NCBI GenBank assembly: GCA_964016885.1
Contig: OZ024751.1
Location: 868,001 to 932,000 of the forward strand
Length of the DNA stretch: 64,000 nt
Direction: 5' to 3'
Origin: Eledone cirrhosa
Lineage: Eukaryota
Shown here piece after piece: positions 15,401 through 30,900 of the stretch; the stretch's first letter is position 1; every line of letters starts with the position of its first letter. The notes beneath the pieces were generated by a model. That model searched no databases. It saw only the letters and a list, made by a program, of their open reading frames with translations, and was not told the origin of the DNA. Position numbers and translations under genes: made by a program.

Positions 15401-18400
15401 ATATTAGTGTTGGTATATTAGTGTCGTTTTAATAATATTGGTATATTAATGTTGGTATATTAGTTGTTGGTATATTAATGTTGGCATATCACTGTTGGTA
15501 TATTAGTGTTGGTATCTTAGTGTTGGTATATTAATGTTGGTATATTAATGTTGGTATATTAGTGTTGATATATTGTTGGTATATTAATAGTGGTATATTA
15601 GTATTGGTATATTAATCTTGGTATATTTGTGTTGGTATATTACCGTTGGTATATTAGTGTTGGTATATTAGTGTTGGTGTAATAGTGTTGGTATATTAAT
15701 GTTGGCATATTACTGTTGGTATATTAGTGTTGGTATCTTAGTTTGGTATATTAATGTTGGTATATTAGTGTTGATATATTGTTGGTATATTAATGTTGGT
15801 ATATTAGTGTTGGTATATTAGTGTTGGTATATTAGTGTTGGTATATTGATGTTGCTATATTAGCGTTGGTATATTAGTGTTGGTATAGTAATGTTGGTAT
15901 ATTAGTGTTGGTATATTACTGCTTGCATATTAGTGTAGTCTTAATAATATTGGTATATTAATGTTGGTATATTAGTGTTGTTTTAATAATATTGGTATAT
16001 TAGTGTTGGTATATTAATGTTGGTATATTAATATTGTTATATTAGTGTTGGTATATTAGTGTTGGTATATTGATGTTGGTATATTAGTATTTTTTGAATA
16101 ATATTGATATATTGATGTTGGTATATTAACGTTGGTATATTACTGTTGGTATATTAATGTTGATATATTAATTTAGCTATATTAATGTTGGAATATTGTT
16201 GGTATATTAATGTTGGTATATTAGTGTTGGTATATTAGTGTTGGTATATTAGTGAGGGTATATTAATGTTGGTATATTAATGTTGGTATATTAGTGTTGC
16301 TATATTAGTGTTGGTATATTATTGGTATATTAATGTTGATATATTAGTGTTGGTATATTACTGTTGGTATATTAGTGTTGGTATATTAGTTTTTGTATAT
16401 TAATGTTGGTATATTAATGTTATGTATATTAGTGTTGGTATATTATTGTTGGTATATTAGCGTTGGTATATTAATGTTGGTATATCAGTGTTGGTATATT
16501 AATGTTGGTATACTAGTGTTGGTATATTGTTGCTATATTAATGTTGGTATATTAATGTTGGTATATTAATGTTGGTATATTAATGTTATGTATATTAGTG
16601 TTGGTATATTATTGTTGGTATATTAGTGTTGGTATATTAATGTTGGTATATTAGAGTTGGTATATTAATTTTGCTATATTAGTGTTGGTATATTAATGTT
16701 GGTATATTAGTGTTGTTATATTAGTGTTGGTATAGTAATGTTGGTATATTAGTGTTGGTATATTAATGCTGGTATATTAGTGTTGCTATATTTATGTTGG
16801 TATATTAATGTTGGTATATTAGTCTTGGTATATTAGTGTTTGTATATTAGTGTCGGTATATTAATGTTGGTATATTAGTGTTGGTATATTAGTGTCGTTT
16901 TAATAATATTGGTATATTAATGTTGGTATATTAGTGTTGGTATATTATTGTTGGCATATTACTGTTGGTATATTAGTGTTGGTATCTTAGTGTTGGTATA
17001 TTAATGTTGGTATATTAATGTTGGTATATTAGTGTTGATATATTGTTGGTATATTAATTTTGGTATATTAGTATTGGTATATTAATGTTGGTATATTAAT
17101 GTTGGTATATTAGTGTTGGTATATTATTATTGCTATATTAGTGTTGGTATATTAATGTTGGTATATTAGTGTTGGTATATTAATGTTGGTATGTTAGTGT
17201 TGTTATATTAGTGTTGGTATAGTAATGTTGGTATATTAGTGTTGGTATATTAATGCTGGTATATTAGTGTTGGTATATTAATGTTGGTATATTAATGTTG
17301 GTATATTAGTGTTTGTATATTAGTGTCGGTATATTAATGTTGGTATATTAGTGTTGGTATATTAGTGTCGTTTTAATAATATTGGTATATTAATGTTGGT
17401 ATATTAGTTGTTGGTATATTAATGTTGGCATATCACTGTTGGTATATCAGTGTTGGTATCTTAGTGTTGGTATATTAATGTTGGTCTATTAGTGTTGATA
17501 TATTGTTGGTATATTAATAGTGGTATATTAGTATTGGTATACTAATCTTGGTATATTAGTGTTGGTATATTACCGTTGGTATATTAGTGTTGGTATATTA
17601 AAGTTGGTATATTAGTGTTGTTTTAATAATATTGGTATATTAATGTTGGTATATTAGTGTTGGTATATTAATGTTGGTATATTAATGTTGGTATATTAGT
17701 GTTGGTATAATAGTGTTGGTATATTAATGTTGGCATATTACTGTTGGTATATTAGTGTTGGTATCTTAGTGTTGGTATATTGTTGGTATATTAATGTTGG
17801 TATATTAGTGTTGGTATATTAGTGTTGATACATTGTTGGTATATTAATGTTGGTATATTAGTGTTGGTATATTAATGTTGGTATATTAATGTTGGTATAT
17901 TAGTGTTGATATATTGTTGGTATATTAATGTTGGTATATTAGTGTTGGTATATTAGTGTTGGTATATTGATGTTGCTATATTAGCGTTGGTAAATTAGTG
18001 TTGGTATATTAGTGTTGGTATAGTAATGTTGGTATATTAGTGTTGGTATATTACTGCTTGCATATTAGTGTAGTCTTAATAATATTGGTATATTAATGTT
18101 GGTATATTAGTGTTGTTTTAATAATATTGGTATATTAGTGTTGGTATATTAATGTTGGTATATTAATGTTGTTATATTAGTGTTGGTATATTAGTGTTGG
18201 TATATTGATGTTGGTATATTAGTATTTTTTGAATAATATTGATATATTGATGTTGGTATATTAACGTTGGTATATTACTGTTGGTATATTAATGTTGATA
18301 TATTAATTTAGCTATATTAATGTTGGAATATTGTTGGTATATTAATGTTGGTATATTGGTGTTGGTATATTAGTGTTGGTATATTATTGGTATATTAATG

Positions 18401-18730
18401 TTGAGATATTAGTGTTGGTATATTAATGTTGGTATATTAGTGAGGGTATATTAGTGAGGGTATATTAATGTTGGTATATTAATGTTGGTATATTAGTGTT
18501 GGTATATTATTGGTATATTAATGTTGAGATATTAGTGTTGGTATATTAATGTTGGTATATTAGTGTTGGTATATTATTGGTATATTAATGTTGATATATT
18601 AGTGTTAGTATATTACTGTTGGTATATTAGTGTTGGTATATTAGTTTTTGTATATTAATGTTGGTATATTAATGTTATGTATATTAGTGTTGGTATATTA
18701 TTGTTGGTATATTAGCGTTGGTATATTAAT

Positions 18731-18917
18731 TGTTTCTACTTTTGGCACAAGGCCAGCAATTATCCAGTACATTACTGGTACTTTATTTTATCGACCCCAT
18801 AAGGATGAAAGGCAAAGTTAACCTCGGCGGGATTTGAACTCAGAATGGCAAGGGCCGTAACTCTATGCGTCAAAGCATGGCGTCCAACCCTCTACCGATA
18901 CTGCCAATTCACCGCCC
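18731..18917 (-). mobile_element. tRNA-derived SINE (copy 2, duplicate of 12231-12417)
   Basis: Sequence and flanks appear identical to copy 1 at +6500. Confidence 0.92.
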
Positions 18918-21900
18918 TGGTATATTAATGTTGGTATATCAGTGTTGGTATATTAATGTTGGTATACTAGTGTTGGTATATTGTTGGTATATTAATGTTG
19001 GTATATTAGTGTTGGTATATTAATGTTGGTATATTAATGTTATGTATATTAGTGTTGGTATATTATTGTTGGTATATTAGTGTTGGTATATTAATATTGG
19101 TATATTAGAGTTGGTATATTAATTTTGCTATATTAGTGTTGGTATATTAATGTTGGTATATTAGTGTTGTTATATTAGTGTTGGTATAGTAATGTTGGTA
19201 TATTAGTGTTGGTATATTAATGCTGGTATATTAGTGTTGCTATATTAATGTTGGTATATTAATGTTGGTATATTAGTCTTGGTATATTAGTGTTTGTATA
19301 TTAGTGTCGGTATATTAATATTGGTATATTAATGTTGGTATATTAGTGTTGGTATATTAGTGTCGTTTTAATAATATTGGTATATTAATGTTGGTATATT
19401 AGTGTTGGTATATTATTGTTGGCATATTACTGTTGGTATATTAGTGTTGGTATCTTAGTGTTGGTTGTTGGTATATTAATGTTGGTATATTAATGTTGGT
19501 ATATTAGTGTTGATATATTGTTGGTATATTAATTTTGGTATATTAGTATTGGTATATTAATGTTGGTATATTAATGTTGGTATATTAGTGTTGGTATATT
19601 ATTATTGCTGTATTAGTGTTGGTATATTAATGTTGGTATATTAGTGTTGGTATATTAATGTTGGTATATTAGTGTTGTTATATTAGTGTTGGTATAGTAA
19701 TGTTGGTATATTAGTGTTGGTATATTAATGCCGGTATATTAGTGTTGGTATATTAATGTTGGTATATTAGTGTTTGTATATTAGTGTCGGTATATTAGTA
19801 TTGGTATATTAATGTTGGTATATTAGTGTTGGTATATTAGTGTCGTTTTAATAATATTGGTATATTAATGTTGGTATATTAGTTGTTGGTATATTAATGT
19901 TGGCATATCACTGTTGGTATATTAGTGTTGGTATCTTAGTGTTGGTATATTAATGTTGGTATATTAATGTTGGTATATTAGTGTTGATATATTGTTGGTA
20001 TATTAATAGTGGTATATTAGTATTGGTATATTAATCTTGGTATATTAGTGTTGGTATATTACCGTTGGTATATTAGTGTTGGTATATTAGTGTTGGTATA
20101 ATAGTGTTGGTATATTAATGTTGGCATATTACTGTTGGTATATTAGTGTTGGTATCTTAGTTTGGTATATTAATGTTGGTATATTAGTGTTGATATATTG
20201 TTGGTATATTAATGTTGGTATATTAGTGTTGGCATATTAGTGTTGGTATATTAGTGTTGGTATATTGATGTTGCTATATTAGCGTTGGTATATTAGTGTT
20301 GGTATAGTAATGTTGGTATATTAGTGTTGGTATATTACTGCTTGCATATTAGTGTAGTCTTAATAATATTGGTATATTAATGTTGGTATATTAGTGTTGT
20401 TTTAATAATATTGGTATATTAGTGTTGGTATATTAATGTTGGTATATTAATATTGTTATATTAGTGTTGGTATATTAGTGTTGGTATATTGATGTTGGTA
20501 TATTAGTATTTTTTGAATAATATTGATATATTGATGTTGGTATATTAACGTTGGTATATTACTGTTGGTATATTAATGTTGATATATTAATTTAGCTATA
20601 TTAATGTTGGAATATTGTTGGTATATTAAAGTTGGTATATTAGTGTTGTTTTAATAATATTGGTATATTAATGTTGGTTTATTAGTGTTGGTACATTAAT
20701 GTTGGTATATTAGTGAGGGTATATTAGTGAGGGTATATTAATGTTGGTATATTAATGTTGGTATATTAGTGTTGGTATATTATTGGTATATTAATGTTGA
20801 GATATTAGTGTTGGTATATTAATGTTGGTATATTAGTGTTGGTATATTATTGGTATATTAATGTTGATATATTAGTGTTAGTATATTACTGTTGGTATAT
20901 TAGTGTTGGTATATTAGTTTTTGTATATTAATGTTGGTATATTAATGTTATGTATATTAGTGTTGGTATATTATTGTTGGTATATTAGCGTTGGTATATT
21001 AATGTTGGTATATCAGTGTTGGTATATTAATGTTGGTATACTAGTGTTGGTATATTGTTGGTATATTAATGTTGGTATATTAGTGTTGGTATATTAATGT
21101 TGGTATATTAATGTTATGTATATTAGTGTTGGTATATTATTGTTGGTATATTAGTGTTGGTATATTAATATTGGTATATTAGAGTTGGTATATTAATTTT
21201 GCTATATTAGTGTTGGTATATTAATGTTGGTATATTAGTGTTGTTATATTAGTGTTGGTATAGTAATGTTGGTATATTAGTGTTGGTATATTAATGCTGG
21301 TATATTAGTGTTGCTATATTAATGTTGGTATATTAATGTTGGTATATTAGTCTTGGTATATTAGTGTTTGTATATTAGTGTCGGTATATTAATATTGGTA
21401 TATTAATGTTGGTATATTAGTGTTGGCATATTAGTGTCGTTTTAATAATATTGGTATATTAATGTTGGTATATTAGTGTTGGTATATTATTGTTGGCATA
21501 TTACTGTTGGTATATTAGTGTTGGTATCTTAGTGTTGGTATATTAATGTTGGTATATTAATGTTGGTATATTAGTGTTGATATATTGTTGGTATATTAAT
21601 TTTGGTATATTAGTATTGGTATATTAATGTTGGTATATTAATGTTGGTATATTAGTGTTGGTATATTATTATTGCTGTATTAGTGTTGGTATATTAATGT
21701 TGGTATATTAGTGTTGGTATATTAATGTTGGTATATTAGTGTTGTTATATTAGTGTTGGTATAGTAATGTTGGTATATTAGTGTTGGTATATTAATGCCG
21801 GTATATTAGTGTTGGTATATTAATGTTGGTATATTAATGTTGGTATATTAGTGTTTGTATATTAGTGTCGGTATATTAGTATTGGTATATTAATGTTGGT

Positions 21901-24900
21901 ATATTAGTGTTGGTATATTAGTGTCGTTTTAATAATATTGGTATATTAATGTTGGTATATTAGTTGTTGGTATATTAATGTTGGCATATCACTGTTGGTA
22001 TATTAGTGTTGGTATCTTAGTGTTGGTATATTAATGTTGGTATATTAATGTTGGTATATTAGTGTTGATATATTGTTGGTATATTAATAGTGGTATATTA
22101 GTATTGGTATATTAATCTTGGTATATTTGTGTTGGTATATTACCGTTGGTATATTAGTGTTGGTATATTAGTGTTGGTGTAATAGTGTTGGTATATTAAT
22201 GTTGGCATATTACTGTTGGTATATTAGTGTTGGTATCTTAGTTTGGTATATTAATGTTGGTATATTAGTGTTGATATATTGTTGGTATATTAATGTTGGT
22301 ATATTAGTGTTGGTATATTAGTGTTGGTATATTAGTGTTGGTATATTGATGTTGCTATATTAGCGTTGGTATATTAGTGTTGGTATAGTAATGTTGGTAT
22401 ATTAGTGTTGGTATATTACTGCTTGCATATTAGTGTAGTCTTAATAATATTGGTATATTAATGTTGGTATATTAGTGTTGTTTTAATAATATTGGTATAT
22501 TAGTGTTGGTATATTAATGTTGGTATATTAATATTGTTATATTAGTGTTGGTATATTAGTGTTGGTATATTGATGTTGGTATATTAATATTTTTTGAATA
22601 ATATTGATATATTGATGTTGGTATATTAACGTTGGTATATTACTGTTGGTATATTAATGTTGATATATTAATTTAGCTATATTAATGTTGGAATATTGTT
22701 GGTATATTAAAGTTCGTATATTAGTGTTGTTTTAATAATATTGGTATATTAATGTTGGTTTATTAGTGTTGGTACATTAATGTTGGTATATTAATGTTGG
22801 TATATTTGTGTTGGTATAATTGTGTTGATATATTAATGTCTGTATATTAGTGTTGTTTTAATAATATTGGTATATATTAATGTTGGTATATTAGTGTTGT
22901 TTTAATAATATTGGTATATTAGTGTTGGTATATTAATGTTGGTATATTAATGTTGGTATATTAGTGTTGGTATATTAGTTTTGCTATATTAGTGTTGGTA
23001 TATTTATGTTGTTATATTAGTGTTGGTATATTAGTGTTGGTATATTGATGTTGGTATATTAGTGTTGGTATAGTAATGTTTCTATATTAGTGTTGGTATA
23101 TTACTGTTTGTATATTAGTGTTGTTTTAATAATACTGGTGTATTGATTTTGGTATATTAATGTTGCTATATTAGTGTTGCTATATTATTGTTGGTATATT
23201 AATGTTGGTATATTAATGTTGATATATCAATATTGGTATATTAATGTTGGTATATGTATGGTATATTAGTGTTGGTATATTAATGTTGGTATATTAATGT
23301 TGCTATATTAGTGTTGGTATATTGTTGGTATATTAATGTTGGTATATTAGTATTGGTATATTAGTGTTGGTATATTAGTGTTGGTATATTAATGTTGGTA
23401 TATTAGTGTTGTTTTAATAATATTGGTATATTAATGTTGGTATATTAGTGTTGGTAAATTAGTGTTGGTATATTAACTTTGGTATATTAATGTTGGTATA
23501 TTAGTGGTGGTATAATAGTGTTGGTATATTAATGTCGGTATATTAGTGTTGTTTTAATAATATTGGTATATTAATGTTGGTATATTAGTGTTGTTTAAAT
23601 AATATTGGTCTATTAATGTTGGTATATTAGTGTTGGTATATTAGTGTTGTTTTAATAATATTGGTATATTAATGTTGGTATATTAGTGTTGGTATATTAA
23701 TGTTTGTATATTAGTGTTGTTTAAATAATATTGGTGTATTGATTTTGGTATATTAATGTTGCTATATTAGTGTTGCTATATTAATGTTGGTATATTAATG
23801 TTGGTATATTAATGTTGATATATTAATGTTGATATATTAATGTTGGTATATGTTTGCTATGTTAGTGGTGGTATATTAGTGTTGGTATCAAAGTGTTGGT
23901 ATATTAATGTTGGTATATTCATGTTGTTATATTAATGTTGGTATATTAATGTTGGTATATTAGTGTTGTTTTAACAATATTGGTATATTAGTGTTGGTAT
24001 ATTAATGTTGGTATATTAATGTTGTTATATTAGTGTTGGTATATTAGTGTTGGTATATTGATGTTGGTATATTAGTATTTTTTGAATAATATTGATATAT
24101 TGATGTTGGTATATTAACGTTGGTATATTACTGTTGGTATATTAATGTTGATATATTAATTTAGCTATATTAATGTTGGAATATTGTTGGTATATTAATG
24201 TTGGTATATTAGTGTTGGTATATTAGTGAGGGTATATTAATGTTGGTATATTAATGTTGGTATATTAGTGTTGGTATATTATTGGTATATTAATGTTGAT
24301 ATATTAGTGTTGGTATATTACTGTTGGTATATTAGTGTTGGTATATTAGTTTTTGTATATTAATGTTGGTATATTAATGTTGGTATATTATTGTTGGTAT
24401 ATTAGCGTTGGTATATTAATGTTGGTATATCAGTGTTGGTATATTAATGTTGGTATACTAGTGTTGGTATATTGTTGGTATATTAATGTTGGTATATTAA
24501 TGTTGGTATATTAATGTTGGTATATTAATGTTATGTATATTAGTGTTGGTATATTATTGTTGGTATATTAGTGTTGGTATATTAATGTTGGTATATTAGT
24601 GTTGTTATATTAGTGTTGGTATAGTAATGTTGGTATATTAGTGTTGGTATATTAATGCTGGTATATTAGTGTTGCTATATTAATATTGGTATATTAATGT
24701 TGGTATATTAGTCTTGGTATATTAGTGTTTGTATATTAGTGTCGGTATATTAATATTGGTATATTAATGTTGGTATATTAGTGTTGGTATATTAGTGTCG
24801 TTTTAATAATATTGGTATATTAATGTTGGTATATTAGTGTTGGTATATTATTGTTGGCATATTACTGTTGGTATATTAGTGTTGGTATCTTAGTGTTGGT

Positions 24901-27900
24901 ATATTAATGTTGGTATATTAATGTTGGTATATTAGTGTTGATATATTGTTGGTATATTAATTTTGGTATATTAGTATTGGTATATTAATGTTGGTATATT
25001 AATGTTGGTATATTAGTGTTGGTATATTATTATTGCTATATTAGTGTTGGTATATTAATGTTGGTATATTAGTGTTGGTATATTAATGTTGGTATGTTAG
25101 TGTTGTTATATTAGTGTTGGTATAGTAATGTTGGTATATTAGTGTTGGTATATTAATGCTGGTATATTAGTGTTGGTATATTAATGTTGGTATATTAATG
25201 TTGGTATATTAGTGTTTGTATATTAGTGTCGGTATATTAATATTGGTATATTAATGTTGGTATATTAGTGTTGGTATATTAGTGTCGTTTTAATAATATT
25301 GGTATATTAATGTTGGTATATTAGTTGTTGGTATATTAATGTTGGCATATCACTGTTGGTATATTAGTGTTGGTATCTTAGTGTTGGTATATTAATGTTG
25401 GTATATTAATGTTGGTATATTAGTGTTGATATATTGTTGGTATATTAATAGTGGTATATTAGTATTGGTATATTAATCTTGGTATATTAGTGTTGGTATA
25501 TTACCGTTGGTATATTAGTGTTGGTATATTAAAGTTGGTATATTAGTGTTGTTTTAATAATATTGGTATATTAATGTTGGTATATTAGTGTTGGTATATT
25601 AATGTTGGTATATTAGTGTTGGTATATTAGTGTTGGTATATTAGTGTTGGTATATTGATGTTGCTATATTAGCGTTGGTAAATTAGTGTTGGTATATTAG
25701 TGTTGGTATAGTAATGTTGGTATATTAGTGTTGGTATATTACTGCTTGCATATTAGTGTAGTCTTAATAATATTGGTATATTAATGTTGGTATATTAGTG
25801 TTGTTTTAATAATATTGGTATATTAGTGTTGGTATATTAATGTTGGTATATTAATGTTGTTATATTAGTGTTGGTATATTAGTGTTGGTATATTGATGTT
25901 GGTATATTAGTATTTTTTGAATAATATTGATATATTGATGTTGGTATATTAACGTTGGTATATTACTGTTGGTATATTAATGTTGATATATTAATTTAGC
26001 TATATTAATGTTGGAATATTGTTGGTATATTAATGTTGGTATATTAGTGTTGGTATATTAGTGTTGGTATATTAGTGAGGGTATATTAGTGAGGGTATAT
26101 TAATGTTGGTATATTAATGTTGGTATATTAGTGTTGGTATATTATTGGTATATTAATGTTGATATATTAGTGTTGGTATATTAATGTTGGTATATTAGTG
26201 TTGGTATATTAGTTTTTGTATATTAATGTTGGTATATTAATGTTGGTATATTATTGTTGGTATATTAGCGTTGGTATATTAATGTTGGTATATCAGTGTT
26301 GGTATATTAATGTTGGTATACTAGTGTTGGTATATTGTTGGTATATTAATGTTGGTATATTAATGTTGGTATATTAATGTTGGTATATTAATGTTATGTA
26401 TATTAGTGTTGGTATATTATTGTTGGTATATTAGTGTTGGTATATTAATGTTGGTATATTAGAGTTGGTATATTAATTTTGCTATATTAGTGTTGGTATA
26501 TTAATGTTGGTATATTAGTGTTGTTATATTAGTGTTGGTATAGTAATGTTGGTATATTAGTGTTGGTATATTAATGCTGGTATATTAGTGTTGCTATATT
26601 AATATTGGTATATTAATGTTGGTATATTAGTCTTGGTATATTAGTGTTTGTATATTAGTGTCGGTATATTAATATTGGTATATTAATGTTGGTATATTAG
26701 TGTTGGTAAATTAGTGTTGGTATATTAACTTTGGTATATTAATGTTGGTATATTAGTGGTGGTATAATAGTGTTGGTATATTAATGTCGGTATATTAGTG
26801 TTGTTTTAATAATATTGGTATATTAATGTTGGTATATTAGTGTTGTTTAAATAATATTGGTCTATTAATGTTGGTATATTAGTGTTGGTATATTAGTGTT
26901 GTTTTAATAATATTGGTATATTAATGTTGGTATATTAGTGTTGGTATATTAATGTTTGTATATTAGTGTTGTTTAAATAATATTGGTGTATTGATTTTGG
27001 TATATTAATGTTGCTATATTAGTGTTGCTATATTAATGTTGGTATATTAATGTTGGTATATTAATGTTGATATATTAATGTTGATATATTAATGTTGGTA
27101 TATGTTTGCTATGTTAGTGGTGGTATATTAGTGTTGGTATCAAACTGTTGGTATATTAATGTTGGTATATTCATGTTGTTATATTAATGTTGGTATATTA
27201 ATGTTGGTATATTAGTGTTGTTTTAACAATATTGGTATATTAGTGTTGGTATATTAATGTTGGTATATTAATGTTGTTATATTAGTGTTGGTATATTAGT
27301 GTTGGTATATTGATGTTGGTATATTAGTATTTTTTGAATAATATTGATATATTGATGTTGGTATATTAACGTTGGTATATTACTGTTGGTATATTAATGT
27401 TGATATATTAATTTAGCTATATTAATGTTGGAATATTGTTGGTATATTAATGTTGGTATATTAGTGTTGGTATATTAGTGAGGGTATATTAATGTTGGTA
27501 TATTAATGTTGGTATATTAGTGTTGGTATATTATTGGTATATTAATGTTGATATATTAGTGTTGGTATATTACTGTTGGTATATTAGTGTTGGTATATTA
27601 GTTTTTGTATATTAATGTTGGTATATTAATGTTGGTATATTATTGTTGGTATATTAGCGTTGGTATATTAATGTTGGTATATCAGTGTTGGTATATTAAT
27701 GTTGGTATACTAGTGTTGGTATATTGTTGGTATATTAATGTTGGTATATTAATGTTGGTATATTAATGTTGGTATATTAATGTTATGTATATTAGTGTTG
27801 GTATATTATTGTTGGTATATTAGTGTTGGTATATTAATGTTGGTATATTAGAGTTGGTATATTAATTTTGCTATATTAGTGTTGGTATATTAATGTTGGT

Positions 27901-30900
27901 ATATTAGTGTTGTTATATTAGTGTTGGTATAGTAATGTTGGTATATTAGTGTTGGTATATTAATGCTGGTATATTAGTGTTGCTATATTAATATTGGTAT
28001 ATTAATGTTGGTATATTAGTCTTGGTATATTAGTGTTTGTATATTAGTGTCGGTATATTAATATTGGTATATTAATGTTGGTATATTAGTGTTGGTATAT
28101 TAGTGTCGTTTTAATAATATTGGTATATTAATGTTGGTATATTAGTGTTGGTATATTATTGTTGGCATATTACTGTTGGTATATTAGTGTTGGTATCTTA
28201 GTGTTGGTATATTAATGTTGGTATATTAATGTTGGTATATTAGTGTTGATATATTGTTGGTATATTAATTTTGGTATATTAGTATTGGTATATTAATGTT
28301 GGTATATTAATGTTGGTATATTAGTGTTGGTATATTATTATTGCTATATTAGTGTTGGTATATTAATGTTGGTATATTAGTGTTGGTATATTAATGTTGG
28401 TATGTTAGTGTTGTTATATTAGTGTTGGTATAGTAATGTTGGTATATTAGTGTTGGTATATTAATGCTGGTATATTAGTGTTGGTATATTAATGTTGGTA
28501 TATTAATGTTGGTATATTAGTGTTTGTATATTAGTGTCGGTATATTAATATTGGTATATTAATGTTGGTATATTAGTGTTGGTATATTAGTGTCGTTTTA
28601 ATAATATTGGTATATTAATGTTGGTATATTAGTTGTTGGTATATTAATGTTGGCATATCACTGTTGGTATATTAGTGTTGGTATCTTAGTGTTGGTATAT
28701 TAATGTTGGTATATTAATGTTGGTATATTAGTGTTGATATATTGTTGGTATATTAATAGTGGTATATTAGTATTGGTATATTAATCTTGGTATATTAGTG
28801 TTGGTATATTACCGTTGGTATATTAGTGTTGGTATATTAAAGTTGGTATATTAGTGTTGTTTTAATAATATTGGTATATTAATGTTGGTATATTAGTGTT
28901 GGTATATTAATGTTGGTATATTAATGTTGGTATATTAGTGTTGGTATAATAGTGTTGGTATATTAATGTTGGCATATTACTGTTGGTATATTAGTGTTGG
29001 TATCTTAGTGTTGGTATATTAATATTGGTATATTAATGTTGGTATATTAGTGTTGATATATTGTTGGTATATTAATGTTGGTATATTAGTGTTGGTATAT
29101 TAGTGTTGGTATATTAGTGTTGGTATATTGATGTTGCTATATTAGCGTTGGTAAATTAGTGTTGGTATATTAGTGTTGGTATAGTAATGTTGGTATATTA
29201 GTGTTGGTATATTACTGCTTGCATATTAGTGTAGTCTTAATAATATTGGTATATTAATGTTGGTATATTAGTGTTGTTTTAATAATATTGGTATATTAGT
29301 GTTGGTATATTAATGTTGGTATATTAATGTTGTTATATTAGTGTTGGTATATTAGTGTTGGTATATTGATGTTGGTATATTAGTATTTTTTGAATAATAT
29401 TGATATATTGATGTTGGTATATTAACGTTGGTATATTACTGTTGGTATATTAATGTTGATATATTAATTTAGCTATATTAATGTTGGAATATTGTTGGTA
29501 TATTAATGTTGGTATATTAGTGTTGGTATATTAGTGTTGGTATATTAGTGAGGGTATATTAGTGATGGTATATTAATGTTGGTATATTAATGTTGGTATA
29601 TTAGTGTTGGTATATTATTGGTATATTAATGTTGATATATTAGTGTTGGTATATTAATGTTGGTATATTAGTGTTGGTATATTAGTTTTTGTATATTAAT
29701 GTTGGTATATTAATGTTGGTATATTATTGTTGGTATATTAGCGTTGGTATATTAATGTTGGTATATCAGTGTTGGTATATTAATGTTGGTATACTAGTGT
29801 TGGTATATTGTTGGTATATTAATGTTGGTATATTAATGTTGGTATATTAATGTTGGTATATTAATGTTGGTATATTAATGTTATGTATATTAGTGTTGGT
29901 ATATTATTGTTGGTATATTAGTGTTGGTATATTAATGTTGGTATATTAGAGTTGGTATATTAATTTTGCTATATTAGTGTTGGTATATTAATGTTGGTAT
30001 ATTAGTGTTGTTATATTAGTGTTGGTATAGTAATGTTGGTATATTAGTGTTGGTATATTAATGCTGGTATATTAGTGTTGCTATATTAATATTGGTATAT
30101 TAATGTTGGTATATTAGTCTTGGTATATTAGTGTTTGTATATTAGTGTCGGTATATTAATATTGGTATATTAATGTTGGTATATTAGTGTTGGTATATTA
30201 GTGTCGTTTTAATAATATTGGTATATTAATGTTGGTATATTAGTGTTGGTATATTATTGTTGGCATATTACTGTTGGTATATTAGTGTTGGTATCTTAGT
30301 GTTGGTATATTAATGTTGGTATATTAATGTTGGTATATTAGTGTTGATATATTGTTGGTATATTAATTTTGGTATATTAGTATTGGTATATTAATGTTGG
30401 TATATTAATGTTGGTATATTAGTGTTGGTATATTATTATTGCTATATTAGTGTTGGTATATTAATGTTGGTATATTAGTGTTGGTATATTAATGTTGGTA
30501 TGTTAGTGTTGTTATATTAGTGTTGGTATAGTAATGTTGGTATATTAGTGTTGGTATATTAATGCTGGTATATTAGTGTTGGTATATTAATGTTGGTATA
30601 TTAATGTTGGTATATTAGTGTTTGTATATTAGTGTCGGTATATTAATATTGGTATATTAATGTTGGTATATTAGTGTTGGTATATTAGTGTCGTTTTAAT
30701 AATATTGGTATATTAATGTTGGTATATTAGTTGTTGGTATATTAATGTTGGCATATCACTGTTGGTATATTAGTGTTGGTATCTTAGTGTTGGTATATTA
30801 ATGTTGGTATATTAATGTTGGTATATTAGTGTTGATATATTGTTGGTATATTAATAGTGGTTTATTAGTATTGGTATATTAATCTTGGTATATTAGTGTT

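Larger units (their letters stand above)
9610..22710 (+). repeat. 6.5-kb tandem duplication inside the satellite (about 9610-16210 vs 16110-22710), including the SINE
   Basis: Rare variant monomers and the embedded SINE recur at an exact 6500-bp offset (12231/18731; 9671/16171/22671). A few substitutions separate the copies (near 10033/16533, 13733/20233, 15159/21659). Confidence 0.9.
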
